Source: an archaeon
GTDB taxonomy: Archaea > Nanobdellota > Nanobdellia > Woesearchaeales > JBDRAZ01
Direction of reading: 5' to 3'
NCBI GenBank assembly: GCA_043823195.1
Contig: JBDRAZ010000038.1
Coordinates: forward strand, 3,592 to 67,591
Length of the DNA stretch: 64,000 nt
Both the position numbers and the translations under genes were made by a program. The notes below the pieces were generated by a model, which saw only the letters and a program-made list of their open reading frames with translations, was not told where the DNA came from and made no database searches. This document shows positions 19,767 through 29,470 of this stretch, one piece after another. Position 1 is the stretch's first letter; each line of letters begins with the position of its first letter.

Positions 19767-20397
19767 GGTCTGTCAGGGGTTTTATAATATCTGCATTATC
19801 GTTGCCAGTATCATTGATAGCCGGAGGTACCTTGTAAATTTCCAGATCCCCGGGGAATGGTGTGAGCATGGATTTGAGCCTTTGGGGCGCGCCTTGCTGC
19901 AGCCAGTGGGTTTCTTCCTCCCGGCCCAGGATGGCGGGCATCCTGTCATGGACCTGCCGCACAACCGAATTTGGCTCAACAGTTATGATGGCAAAGGCCA
20001 GCCTATCCTGCCATCTGTCATATATTCCTGCAAAGGCAAAAGGCAGGCCATCTTTTTGCATTATCCTATACGGAACCTTGCCCGCCGGCGTTAATTTCCA
20101 CTCATAGAAGCCATCTGCAATAACCAGGCAGCGCTTATTTTTAAAGGCATCCCGGTATGCCGGCTTTTCTTCAAGAGTCTCAGCCCTTGCATTAATCATG
20201 CCCATTGCGTTCTTTGCCCAGCAGGGAGTCATGCCCCAGGTGCACATTGAAAGTGTTTTGGGGGATTCAGACAGGACAACCGGGCATTCCTGCGAAGGGG
20301 CTATGTTGTACCTTGGTGAAAGCTCAAAAGGGATGCCTATATTGAACCGTTCAGCAATGATATCCTTCCTCGCTGTCATGGAAAAACGGCCGCACAT
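19750..20397 (-). CDS. SOS response-associated peptidase (SRAP/HMCES/YedK)
   Basis: MCGRF start, YNIAPSQ, INARAET, GFYEW, HDRMP. Confidence 0.95.
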   Translation of the reverse strand: MCGRFSMTARKDIIAERFNIGIPFELSPRYNIAPSQECPVVLSESPKTLSMCTWGMTPCWAKNAMGMINARAETLEEKPAYRDAFKNKRCLVIADGFYEWKLTPAGKVPYRIMQKDGLPFAFAGIYDRWQDRLAFAIITVEPNSVVRQVHDRMPAILGREEETHWLQQGAPQRLKSMLTPFPGDLEIYKVPPAINDTGNDNADIIKPLTDLTSFF

Positions 20398-20473
20398 GGG
20401 ACAATAGCTGTTTTTGGAATATATAAATATAGCCGAAAGTCATTTAAATAAGTCACCACTGACCAGTCACCAA

Positions 20474-21073
20474 ATGAGGTTCGACCTATATGACGGATGG
20501 GCGCCGAGAAAGCACTATGACGTGCTGGACCTAAAGTGCGGAGAAGGATTTGACAGGCTCTGCGATGTCTGCGAGCAGTTCCCGGAATGGCAGATGCTGG
20601 GGATAGATACCAGGCTTAAGAGCACTGCGGTGCTGACAACTATCGACCTTATAAGTTCAGACCCGCTGACCGTGCTTCCGTACCTTGCAGAAAGTTCTGC
20701 CGATACGGCCTATGCTGACTACTACCTCTGCGGCCTGTCAGACCAGGATGCCGAGACAGCCGGCAATCTTCTTGCAGAGAAGCTTGCCAGCGGCGCCAAG
20801 CTTTATGTGGGCTGCAGGAAAGGGGACCTGGACCGTGTAACACCCTTTATCGACAGGCAATACTTTGTGACAGATGACACCTATCCTATGCGGGCGGATG
20901 ATATTAGGTTATGCACGCAGGCGAGCAAGGACCTTGAGCTCATGAGATTGTTTAAGGAGATTGACGCAGGCAACCCGCAGAGGCTTCCGCCCCTCAGCGA
21001 CCATGATGTGCACAGGTTCACCGCGCACCCCAACGACCTTCAGCCCATGAGGATGGCGGCACGGAGGCGGTGA
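20474..21073 (+). CDS. degenerate SAM-methyltransferase-fold protein
   Basis: VLDLKCGEG...MLGID Rossmann-like motif I. Confidence 0.45.
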   Translation: MRFDLYDGWAPRKHYDVLDLKCGEGFDRLCDVCEQFPEWQMLGIDTRLKSTAVLTTIDLISSDPLTVLPYLAESSADTAYADYYLCGLSDQDAETAGNLLAEKLASGAKLYVGCRKGDLDRVTPFIDRQYFVTDDTYPMRADDIRLCTQASKDLELMRLFKEIDAGNPQRLPPLSDHDVHRFTAHPNDLQPMRMAARRR

Positions 21074-21564
21074 TGGGGAGCAGACACTTTGATACGGACG
21101 GATCTCCAAAGCTGCCGGAGATCGCAGAGGAAATCAGGGGCCATGTGGAAAACCTTAGGCTCGAGATGGGGGAGCACGGATATGTAATTATCGACCCCAC
21201 CTATAACGGCACTGCAGACCCGATTGAAGTGAACATGCATCCTGATATTACAGGTGTTGATGGAAGAAAGCTTTGCGTCAATGACATCTATGTCGTAGGA
21301 AGCCAGGCAGAGGCGATGCTCGCCGGCGGTTACCGGATGGGACTGGACCTGGACCTGCTTGTAAGGCTGAACGCTATATCTTTTGGCATCCCGGGCGCGT
21401 TCTCTTCAATAAGCTACCAGATGATGAGGTGGCTGAACAGGGAATATGCAGAAGTGTATGTAAGGATTGGCTCAGAAGAATATGGACGGCTGGTAACCAC
21501 GTTTGTAAGAGGAAGAGATCATGAAGTTGAAATTCCCGGAAAGCCGCATATGCTTCTGGAATAG
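21070..21564 (+). CDS. hypothetical protein
   Basis: GTGA overlap with the upstream stop; SD GGAGG. Confidence 0.6.
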   Translation: MMGSRHFDTDGSPKLPEIAEEIRGHVENLRLEMGEHGYVIIDPTYNGTADPIEVNMHPDITGVDGRKLCVNDIYVVGSQAEAMLAGGYRMGLDLDLLVRLNAISFGIPGAFSSISYQMMRWLNREYAEVYVRIGSEEYGRLVTTFVRGRDHEVEIPGKPHMLLE

Positions 21565-21567
21565 AAA

Positions 21568-21664
21568 TGCCCCGCACGGGATTCGAACCCGTGTCCCAGC
21601 CTCGAGAGGGCTGGATGATTGGTTATCCAACGGTTTAGCCGTTTCCGGACTACACCAGCGGGGC
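21568..21664 (-). tRNA. tRNA-Glu(CTC) with ~20-22-nt D-loop intron (~21623-21644)
   Basis: GCCCCGC/GCGGGGC acceptor, CAGCC-CTCTCGA-GGCTG anticodon arm, TTCGAAT T-loop; extra hairpin ACGG/CCGT in the D-loop. Confidence 0.9.
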
Positions 21665-21703
21665 GCAGAAAAGAGGGTTTAAAGGAGGTTTATTAATTTT
21701 ACT

Positions 21704-22450
21704 ATGAATTTCAGAAGAACGATCAGGAAGATCGGGGAGAATAGGTATAACACCAAGAAACCCAATAGCGTAAGCGACCTGGTATATCCGGGCACAGAAA
21801 GAATCCCCTACAGGGAATATATGGCGTACAAGATAAACGAGGGAGGTCACGATCTTGTGATAGAGTCTGCCTGCGCACAGGGCGAGCACAAGACGCATGA
21901 TATACTGAGACGGAAGTATGACTGGGAGGGCAGGTATGTAACAATCAACACAGGAAAACCTGTTGAGGAATACACAGACCAGCCGTTGTTTCAGGCAGAC
22001 GGTGACGGGATGGACCCTGAACTGCTGGGAAAGATAGTTGATACAGCCGCCGCATCAAGACCTGTATATGCGGTCAATATGGCTATAGGAATTATGCTCT
22101 CGTACTTCCCTGAAAGGATGGGATACGAATCAAGGCGCGGAGATGAGGCGGAAATTTGTGTACCGCTGCTGGAAGCCAGAACAGATTTATGGAGCAGGAA
22201 CATGGCTCGGTCCTCCCTGGAAGTATTGTTTATGAGTGATTATGTGGCCGATGACAGCAATCATATCGAGTGCCAAGGAACTTGGAGGCCGGTCCCAAAC
22301 GGATTGTACGGTGGGCTTGGCGGCCTGAACCGTAGCCTGATGCGTCTGTTCTCTGACAGAATGGTGGAATTTGGATGGACAGTCTCTGAGGTAGAGATAA
22401 ACAACTGGCCCGGACCTTATACTGAAAGCTTTTTTACTTTCACGAGATAA
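21704..22450 (+). CDS. hypothetical protein
   Basis: 248-aa ORF with no recognised motif. Confidence 0.65.
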   Translation: MNFRRTIRKIGENRYNTKKPNSVSDLVYPGTERIPYREYMAYKINEGGHDLVIESACAQGEHKTHDILRRKYDWEGRYVTINTGKPVEEYTDQPLFQADGDGMDPELLGKIVDTAAASRPVYAVNMAIGIMLSYFPERMGYESRRGDEAEICVPLLEARTDLWSRNMARSSLEVLFMSDYVADDSNHIECQGTWRPVPNGLYGGLGGLNRSLMRLFSDRMVEFGWTVSEVEINNWPGPYTESFFTFTR

Positions 22451-22594
22451 ACAAGTTACTTCTTCCAGTACTCCCTGAATGCTGAGAGATGCCGCCTTGT
22501 GGAGTATGATATTTCCCTTAACTGTGACGTGTATTGGTGCAGATTACCCAAGAGCAGAAGGATTATCAGATCTTACGGACCATATGATCATAAA

Positions 22595-22609
22595 ACGCCG
22601 TGGCCCGGA
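22595..22609 (-). repeat. duplicate of tRNA-Ser(GGA) 3' end
   Basis: acgccgtggcccgga is identical to 22663-22677. Confidence 0.85.
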
Positions 22610-22663
22610 CGGACAGAAATCAGGGATTTCTGAATCCGGCCCATTGCAAATTGTATGAAAAGA

Positions 22664-22827
22664 CGCCGTGGCCCGGATTTTCAATGATTCACTTTGGTAG
22701 GTCCGTGAGACTTTACGTCTCACTTGAGCACCTTTTACCAGATTTTAGTAAAATCTGTTTGAACCGGGACATCCCGAAGGAAACAAGCTTTCCAGGCTTG
22801 CGCAGTACCAGGTTGTGCCACCACGGC
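22664..22827 (-). tRNA. tRNA-Ser(GGA) with 80-nt T-loop intron (22678-22757)
   Basis: GCCGTGG/CCACGGC acceptor, CAAGC-CTGGAAA-GCTTG anticodon arm, long variable arm; removing the insert restores CCCGG-TTCAAAT-CCGGG. Confidence 0.88.
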
Positions 22828-22861
22828 ATAAAAAAACAAAACAAGAGAGAATTAATAAAGC

Positions 22862-23173
22862 TTACGCCTCAATCATCTCGATCTCAATAGAGAGACCTTC
22901 AGGAATCGGAACCCGCATAATAAGCCTTAATGCCCGCTCATCAATGCCCAAATCAATCAGGCGCTTGTGAACCCGCATCTCATAGCGCTCCCAGGTGGCC
23001 TTGCCCTCACCATCGGGGCTCTTGCGGGTTGTTACCCTCAATTTCTTTGTAGGAAGAGGTATAGGGCCACGCATGGTCACTCCTGTTTTATCAGCGATAT
23101 CTTTAATATACTTACATGTCTCATTGATCTTGTTAATGTCAACGCTGGCTAGTTTTATTCGTGCTTTCTGCAT
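22862..23173 (-). CDS. rpsJ: 30S ribosomal protein S10
   Basis: [24 protein letters not shown]. Confidence 0.98.
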   Translation of the reverse strand: MQKARIKLASVDINKINETCKYIKDIADKTGVTMRGPIPLPTKKLRVTTRKSPDGEGKATWERYEMRVHKRLIDLGIDERALRLIMRVPIPEGLSIEIEMIEA

Positions 23174-23227
23174 TTCGAGAGTGCCTCATGATAAATACGG
23201 ATTCACCATGACCCTAAAGGGAAAAAA

Positions 23228-24508
23228 TTATTTCTTGACAAGGTCAATACACATTCCTGCAGCGACTGTAACACCGGAATCCCTGATGGCAAACCTTGAC
23301 ATATGCGGTATCACATCAGACTTCTCGATTACAATCGGCTGCGTAGGCTTGATCTTGACTATTGCTGCGTCTCCGTTTTTTATAAACTCTGGATTCTCCT
23401 TAATGACCTGGCCTGATGCAGGATCGAGCTGCTTCTCGATAGCCATGATCTGGCAGGCAACCTGCGCTGTGTGGATGTGGAATACAGGCGTGTAGCCCAC
23501 AGTCATAACAGTCGGATGATTAAGGACAACAATCCTAGCTGTAAACTCGGTGGCAACCGTCGGGACATTGTCGCTCTTTCCGAGCACATCCCCGCGGGTC
23601 ATCTCACCCTTGTTAATGCCCCGGACGTTGAAACCTACATTGTCGCCGGGCGTTGCTTCCTGCATCTGCTCGTGATGCATCTCAATGGATTTGACCTCTC
23701 CGGATACACCCTTGCCCTCTCTTGCGGGAACAACAGTCACCTTGTCACCGATCTTCATAACACCGGTCTCAACCCTGCCAACGGGAACAACGCCGATGCC
23801 TGTGATGTTGTAGACGTCCTGAATGGGGAGCCTGAGCGGCAGTTCGGTTGGCTTCTCAGGCGGATTCAGCTGGTCCATTGTCTGGAAAAGCGTACTGCCT
23901 GTGTACCAGGGCATTTTGTCTGATTTATTGTAGACATTCTCGCCCTTAAGGGCTGCAATGGGAATAAAGTGCACCTTGCTTGGGTTGTATCCTACGCTCT
24001 TAAGGAGAGTCTCGACCTCTGCCTTGACCTTATCAAATACAGCCTGTTCATAGTTCTTCATATCCATCTTGTTTACTGCAATGATCAGCTGGTCAACACC
24101 GAGTGTCCTGGAAAGGAAGATGTGCTCCTTTGTCTGGGCCATGACACCGTCATTTGCAGCAACAACAACCACAGCTGCCTCAGCCTGGCTTGCGCCGGTG
24201 ATCATGTTCTTGATGAAGTCCTTGTGGCCTGGTGCATCGATTATTGTGAAATAGTATTTTTCTGTGTCGAACTTCTTGTGGGCAAGATCAATTGTAACGC
24301 CCCTTTCCCGCTCTTCTTTTAGGTTGTCCATAACAAAGGCAAACTCGAATCCCGGTTTTCCCAGCTCTTTTGCCTTCTCGGTCAGCTTTCTCATCGTCTG
24401 CTCATCGATGTTCTTCGAATCGTAGAGTAACCTGCCAACTGTTGTGGATTTACCATGATCTACGTGACCTATGAATACCAGATTGATATGCACTTTACCT
24501 TTTGCCAT
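23228..24508 (-). CDS. tuf: translation elongation factor EF-1 alpha
   Basis: [40 protein letters not shown]. Confidence 0.99.
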   Translation of the reverse strand: MAKGKVHINLVFIGHVDHGKSTTVGRLLYDSKNIDEQTMRKLTEKAKELGKPGFEFAFVMDNLKEERERGVTIDLAHKKFDTEKYYFTIIDAPGHKDFIKNMITGASQAEAAVVVVAANDGVMAQTKEHIFLSRTLGVDQLIIAVNKMDMKNYEQAVFDKVKAEVETLLKSVGYNPSKVHFIPIAALKGENVYNKSDKMPWYTGSTLFQTMDQLNPPEKPTELPLRLPIQDVYNITGIGVVPVGRVETGVMKIGDKVTVVPAREGKGVSGEVKSIEMHHEQMQEATPGDNVGFNVRGINKGEMTRGDVLGKSDNVPTVATEFTARIVVLNHPTVMTVGYTPVFHIHTAQVACQIMAIEKQLDPASGQVIKENPEFIKNGDAAIVKIKPTQPIVIEKSDVIPHMSRFAIRDSGVTVAAGMCIDLVKK

Positions 24509-24569
24509 AATATCCCTCCGTGTTTTTTCGAAGTTGGGGTTTCAGTAGGACTATTTAAATTTTTTTGTT

Positions 24570-26741
24570 TTAACTCTCGTCCTTCAAACCCTTTCTTCCT
24601 CGAATATTGCCAATGGTTTTCTGCTGAAGTTCTTCAGGCAGTTTTTCAAACGACTGATCAACCAATGAATAGCTGCCCCTTCCGGATGTTGCGCTCCTGA
24701 GTTCTGAAGCCAGGCCGAACATCTCGCCTACCGGGAGCTTTCCCCTGACAGTGATATGCTCACCCTCCTGCTGGACATCAAGCATCTGTCCCCTTTTGGA
24801 AGATATCAGGCTGGATATTCCGCCAAGGAAATCAGCCGGCGCCTCAAACTGGAGGGTCTGGACCGGCTCAAACACCAGCGGCCTTGCCTGCATCATCGCC
24901 CCCCTTATACTCTCCCTGAGAGCAGGATATACCTGAGCAGGTCCACGATGGATTGCATCCTCGTGGAGAGTGGTATCCATAAAAGAGACCTTGACCCGTG
25001 TACAGGGCTCCCGGGCAAGAGGCCCCGCGCCTATGACATCCTCAAACATATCCATGACCATCTCCATAACCTCACCGATATGGACTATGCCCCTGGTCAT
25101 GTCCACCAATAGGTTACCATTGTGTATCTCCTTGACCTTGGCTGCGTCTTTTGCAGTCATTCCGCATTCAACAAGAGTATCAATGATGCCCTGATCCTTC
25201 TTCTTGATCCTCATCTCGGGCAGCCGCCCGTTTTTTATCGCGGCGGTAATCGAATCATCGAGAACACCGACCTTGAACTTGAATTTGTTGTGCTTATTTG
25301 GGGATTTGCCCTCCACCTCTGGGGATTCTTTTGTTACTGTCTCCCTGTATACAACAATGGGGGGGCTGCTTTTTACCTCAACACCCTTTTCAGTAATAAT
25401 GCGGTTCTCGATCACCTCAAGGTGCAGCTCACCCATGCCGCTGATCAGATGCTCGCCGGTTTCCTCATTGATCTGTATAACTATCGTCGGATCCTCTTTA
25501 CTGACTGTGCGGAGGACTTCAATGAGCTTTGGCAGGTCGCTCGGCCTTTTTGCCTCAATTGCCTTTGTGACAACCGGCTCGAAGATGTGCTGGATCTTTT
25601 CAAAGGGCTCAGATGGGCTGAGTGAAATGGTTTCCCCCGGAATTGCCTGAAGCCCTGCAACACCTACAATATTGCCGGCCGGCACATTTTCCACAATCTC
25701 CCTCTTTGCACCATTATAAATAAAGACCTGCTGAACCCTGCACCAGGTTTTTGCCAGATTCAGATAGACGCTGGTTCCCTTTCTGATGCTCCCTGAGAAC
25801 AGCCGTCCCGCAGCAATCTCGCCTGCCTGCGGATCGACCACAATCTTTGTAATGACAAAGAATACGGGCCCGTTGGCATCACAGCTGATCAGTGCCTTTC
25901 CATCTACACTCTCAAGTTCGCCATGCCACAGGCTGGGAACCCTGTATGCCTGGGCATCGACAGGATTTGGCAGGTGCCTGATCACTGCATTCAGGAGCAC
26001 GGTATGAAGGGGCGCCTTTTTTTTAATCTCATCAACCGTGTCATTTGCATAGGCATCAATAATGTCTTTGAAGCCGATGCCGACCCTCTGCATGTAGAGC
26101 AGCGATACTGCCCAGTTGTGGTAGGCTGAACCAAAGCAGACTGACCCGTCCTGGACATTGACCTTCCACTTTTCCTTGTACTCCTTGGGGGCAATGCTCT
26201 CAATCAGCTTGTTTACGTGGGCAATCATCTTTATGAAACGGTCCTGCATGCTCTGAGGCGTAAGTTGCAGCTCTTTCAGAAGCCGGTCTACCTTGTTTAT
26301 GAAAAGTATCGGCTTGACCTTTTCCTTGAGAGCCTGCCTAAGCACGGTCTCTGTCTGCGGCATCACGCCCTCAACAGCGCAGCATAATACAACAACACCA
26401 TCCACAGCGCGCATAGCCCTTGTTACGTCACCGCCGAAATCCACGTGTCCGGGTGTATCGATAAGATTAATGAGATACTCCTCATCGTTGAGCGAGTGCA
26501 CCATGGAGACAGAGGCAGAATCAATTGTGATTCCGCGCGTCTGCTCATCCTCATGAAAATCCAGAACAAGCTGCTTTCCTGCCAGCTCTTCAGAGATCAT
26601 GCCTGCTCCTGCAAGGAGATTCTCTGACAGTGTTGTCTTGCCGTGGTCGATATGTGCTGCTATTCCTATGTTTCTAATATTCTTAGGCCTGTTCATAAGC
26701 CTTGTAACCTTGCTAACCATCTTTTCTGACAAATATATCAC
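24570..26741 (-). CDS. fusA: translation elongation factor EF-2
   Basis: AHIDHGKTT, DTPGHVDF, diphthamide loop HEDAIHRGPAQ; true start probably TTG 26732 or ATG 26720. Confidence 0.99.
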   Translation of the reverse strand: MIYLSEKMVSKVTRLMNRPKNIRNIGIAAHIDHGKTTLSENLLAGAGMISEELAGKQLVLDFHEDEQTRGITIDSASVSMVHSLNDEEYLINLIDTPGHVDFGGDVTRAMRAVDGVVVLCCAVEGVMPQTETVLRQALKEKVKPILFINKVDRLLKELQLTPQSMQDRFIKMIAHVNKLIESIAPKEYKEKWKVNVQDGSVCFGSAYHNWAVSLLYMQRVGIGFKDIIDAYANDTVDEIKKKAPLHTVLLNAVIRHLPNPVDAQAYRVPSLWHGELESVDGKALISCDANGPVFFVITKIVVDPQAGEIAAGRLFSGSIRKGTSVYLNLAKTWCRVQQVFIYNGAKREIVENVPAGNIVGVAGLQAIPGETISLSPSEPFEKIQHIFEPVVTKAIEAKRPSDLPKLIEVLRTVSKEDPTIVIQINEETGEHLISGMGELHLEVIENRIITEKGVEVKSSPPIVVYRETVTKESPEVEGKSPNKHNKFKFKVGVLDDSITAAIKNGRLPEMRIKKKDQGIIDTLVECGMTAKDAAKVKEIHNGNLLVDMTRGIVHIGEVMEMVMDMFEDVIGAGPLAREPCTRVKVSFMDTTLHEDAIHRGPAQVYPALRESIRGAMMQARPLVFEPVQTLQFEAPADFLGGISSLISSKRGQMLDVQQEGEHITVRGKLPVGEMFGLASELRSATSGRGSYSLVDQSFEKLPEELQQKTIGNIRGRKGLKDES

Positions 26742-27221
26742 CTATAATACGTGCTTATCATGTACTGTGGAATATTTATGGAGTTCCGTGTTATTAAACC
26801 AGAGCTCAATCTCGGCCTTGGCATTCTCCGCTGAGTCCGAAGCATGCACCAGGTTCTTGATTGGTATGCCCTTGTTGTCTGTGTACGAATATGAGTGGAA
26901 AGCATAGTCTCCGCGTATCGTTCCCGGGAGCGCCCTAAGGGGCTCGGTGTCACCGATAAACTTGCGCGCGATTGCCACTGCCTTTATTCCTTCCAGCACC
27001 ATTGCCACAACCGGCCCGCTCGTCATGAACACTTCCAGACCCGGATAGAAGGGCTTGTCAACATGCGGCGCATAGTGCTTTCTGCAGAACTCCTTATCAA
27101 CCCAGACCATCTTCAGGCCGATTATCTTAAGGCCGACTGTCTCGAACCGGTTGATAATCTCTCCAACCAGCCCGCGCTCAACAGCATCAGGCTTTACCAG
27201 TATCAGTGTTCTTTCTATCAT
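26742..27221 (-). CDS. ndk: nucleoside diphosphate kinase
   Basis: ERTLILVKPDAV, PGTIRGDY, NLVHASDS. Confidence 0.98.
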   Translation of the reverse strand: MIERTLILVKPDAVERGLVGEIINRFETVGLKIIGLKMVWVDKEFCRKHYAPHVDKPFYPGLEVFMTSGPVVAMVLEGIKAVAIARKFIGDTEPLRALPGTIRGDYAFHSYSYTDNKGIPIKNLVHASDSAENAKAEIELWFNNTELHKYSTVHDKHVL

Positions 27222-27402
27222 TTTGTACCTTTTCTTTTCGGAAATCATTTGTCCATCTGACTTTCCGGGGCTTTCTTCCCAGCTTCAGGAGGTTTTTCTC
27301 GCACTTGGAGGAGCACAAATGCAGAATCTTTCCGCTGGTCCTCACAAAAATCTTTCCGGTACCCTCCCGAATGGTATTGCCGCAAAAATTGCATACTGAC
27401 AT
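27187..27402 (-). CDS. rpl24e: 50S ribosomal protein L24e
   Basis: CNFCG...GTG...CSSKCEKN...RKPRKVRWT. Confidence 0.96.
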   Translation of the reverse strand: MSVCNFCGNTIREGTGKIFVRTSGKILHLCSSKCEKNLLKLGRKPRKVRWTNDFRKEKVQNDRKNTDTGKA

Positions 27403-27662
27403 TATACAGTACCTCTCCCACCCTTGTTCAGCTGTTTTGCCTCAAATTCGGTCTCCCGCAGCATCAGGGTGTCCCCAATCTGGACCGGACCCTTGACATT
27501 TCGCCTCAGGATCTTGTTTGCGTCCCTGCCTTCCAATACCTTGCATCGCACCTGTATTGCCTCTCCGCGGGTTCCTGTCTGGCCGATAATCTCTTCAACT
27601 GTTGCCGGTGTTGCCTCAGTAAACATAATCTTGGCTTTCTTTACTTCCTTTTGTTCAGCCAT
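27402..27662 (-). CDS. rps28e: 30S ribosomal protein S28e
   Basis: [28 protein letters not shown]. Confidence 0.96.
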   Translation of the reverse strand: MAEQKEVKKAKIMFTEATPATVEEIIGQTGTRGEAIQVRCKVLEGRDANKILRRNVKGPVQIGDTLMLRETEFEAKQLNKGGRGTV

Positions 27663-27669
27663 TTGACCC

Positions 27670-28002
27670 TCACTTGCCGGTAATTTCCTTTACTGTGTCT
27701 TTTGCGTCGCCAGCTTCAACAATGGCAACACTCACCGTTGGGACGTCAAGGCCGGCTGCTGCCCCAAGCTCTTCACGCTTCTCCACCAGCACGCATTTAA
27801 TGCCCTTTTCTTCGCATAGGGCAGGCAGGTGCATCGTGATCTCAGGAGGATTAACGTCCTTTGCTACAACAACAAGCTTTGCTGTACCCTTTTCGATGCA
27901 TTTGGTAACCTCGTTTGTGCCTTTCCTTATTTTGCCTGTTGCCTTAGCTACCTCTATGGCCTCAAAGATTTTATCCATTAGCTCATCAGTCATGTTTTTC
28001 AC
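27670..28002 (-). CDS. rpl7ae: 50S ribosomal protein L7Ae
   Basis: [27 protein letters not shown]. Confidence 0.97.
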   Translation of the reverse strand: MKNMTDELMDKIFEAIEVAKATGKIRKGTNEVTKCIEKGTAKLVVVAKDVNPPEITMHLPALCEEKGIKCVLVEKREELGAAAGLDVPTVSVAIVEAGDAKDTVKEITGK

Positions 28003-28010
28003 CCTCTAAT

Positions 28011-28067
28011 GTAACCATTCCGAAGAATAAGTTACCTCTCCGGGACAGAGCCCCGGTCATCAGTGGA
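28011..28067 (-). promoter_or_regulatory. structured 5' leader of rpl7ae with kink-turn-like motif
   Basis: CCACUGAUGA-CCGGG/CCCGG-AGAGG followed by a cUUCGg hairpin; TTTAAATA box near 28087-28094. Confidence 0.5.
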
Positions 28068-28206
28068 TTGAGGGAATTTCCGGCAGTATTTAAAGGTTGC
28101 GCTCCGATTCAAGAATGGTGAGCTAAAATGACTACCAAAAAGTTTATATAGGAGTTGGGTATTGTATAATAACAACAAAACCGGCTATCTAATGAGGTGG
28201 GGATTG

Positions 28207-29460
28207 ATGGGTAATACATATAACTTATTGTTTTGTCTAATTTGCCTGATATTTCTTGCTGGGTGCAACCTGGTTGCGCCCCAGAATGCACAGGTGTGCA
28301 TTCCCCCTGAAAAGGCAGAGGAGCTTGGGCTGATCAACTCAACCCAGCCCGCGATAGCGAACATAGTCTTTCCTGATGAGTTGGTCGTTGGGGGTTCCGG
28401 GGACCAATTGCCCCCTCCGGCTGAAACAGAGCTGCCGGCAAACCCCGCAACCGGAGAATCGGGATCAGACCTCCCGAAGAAGATGGTCATGGAGGGAGAG
28501 CTGGTGAGTTTCCCTAATCTAGCCAGTACTGATGAAGATGGGGATGAGATCACATACACATTTTCAGAGCCACTTGATGAGAAAGGTGAATGGAAGACCC
28601 GGATCGGCGATGCAGGCGAATACAGGGTCAGAATCACTGCCTCTGACGGCAAGACGCTCACTGCCCAGGACATACTAATCATCGTACAGGAATCAAACCT
28701 TCCTCCGGAAATAGATGTTGAGACTGAAATCACGGTACTTGAGGGGGGGACAGTAATAATTGATCCCATCGTCGAAGACCCCGAGGGCGATGAAGTGGTT
28801 GTCAGCTATTCGGGATGGATGACTTCAAGCGCCAGGAACACAACGTATGAGGATGCAGGGGAGTACAACGTAACGATATCTGCAAGCGACGGCACAAACA
28901 CGGTGGAAAGGAACGTGAAGATCATTGTCCAGAACGTGAACAGGCCGCCGGTTATCAATGAGCTTGGAAAACTGACTGTGCAAGAGGGCGAGTCTGTATC
29001 AGTCAGCTCAGTAGCAGTTGACCCCGACGGAGATGAGCTTAGTGTCTCCTATGCGGAGCCGCTGGATGAGAATGGAGAGTGGCAGACTAAGAAGGGCGAC
29101 AAGGGATCCTATTCAATCGACATCACAGTCTCTGACGGCAATGCCGAGGTTACCAAGGTGCTTTTCGTCGATGTGCTCAGTTCAAATCTCCCGCCGGTGA
29201 TTGAAAGCATCAGGGTTAACAGCATATCCCTTGCGAACAGGAATGACAGGGAAACAGCAGCCATCACCACTACAGCCAGCGACCCGGAGGGCGAAAATAT
29301 TACAATAAAGTACAGCGGATGGATGACAGAGGCAACGAGAACTGTCGGCTGGGAAGACGGGGGCGAGCATGCTGTAACAGTGACAGTCTCTGACGGAGAG
29401 AACGAGGTCGAACAGGATGTTATCGTCTCGGTTAACAGGGCACCCCAGATTATTATTTAA
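28207..29460 (+). CDS. surface lipoprotein with tandem Ig/cadherin-like repeats
   Basis: Lipobox LAGC; four repeats of N.PP.I...D.(D/E)GD...Y...I.(A/V)SDG. Confidence 0.85.
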   Translation: MGNTYNLLFCLICLIFLAGCNLVAPQNAQVCIPPEKAEELGLINSTQPAIANIVFPDELVVGGSGDQLPPPAETELPANPATGESGSDLPKKMVMEGELVSFPNLASTDEDGDEITYTFSEPLDEKGEWKTRIGDAGEYRVRITASDGKTLTAQDILIIVQESNLPPEIDVETEITVLEGGTVIIDPIVEDPEGDEVVVSYSGWMTSSARNTTYEDAGEYNVTISASDGTNTVERNVKIIVQNVNRPPVINELGKLTVQEGESVSVSSVAVDPDGDELSVSYAEPLDENGEWQTKKGDKGSYSIDITVSDGNAEVTKVLFVDVLSSNLPPVIESIRVNSISLANRNDRETAAITTTASDPEGENITIKYSGWMTEATRTVGWEDGGEHAVTVTVSDGENEVEQDVIVSVNRAPQIII

Positions 29461-29470
29461 TTTTCTTTAT

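Noticed and set aside
22600..22890. 96-aa plus-strand ORF
   Set aside because: Antisense to the intron-containing tRNA-Ser(GGA)
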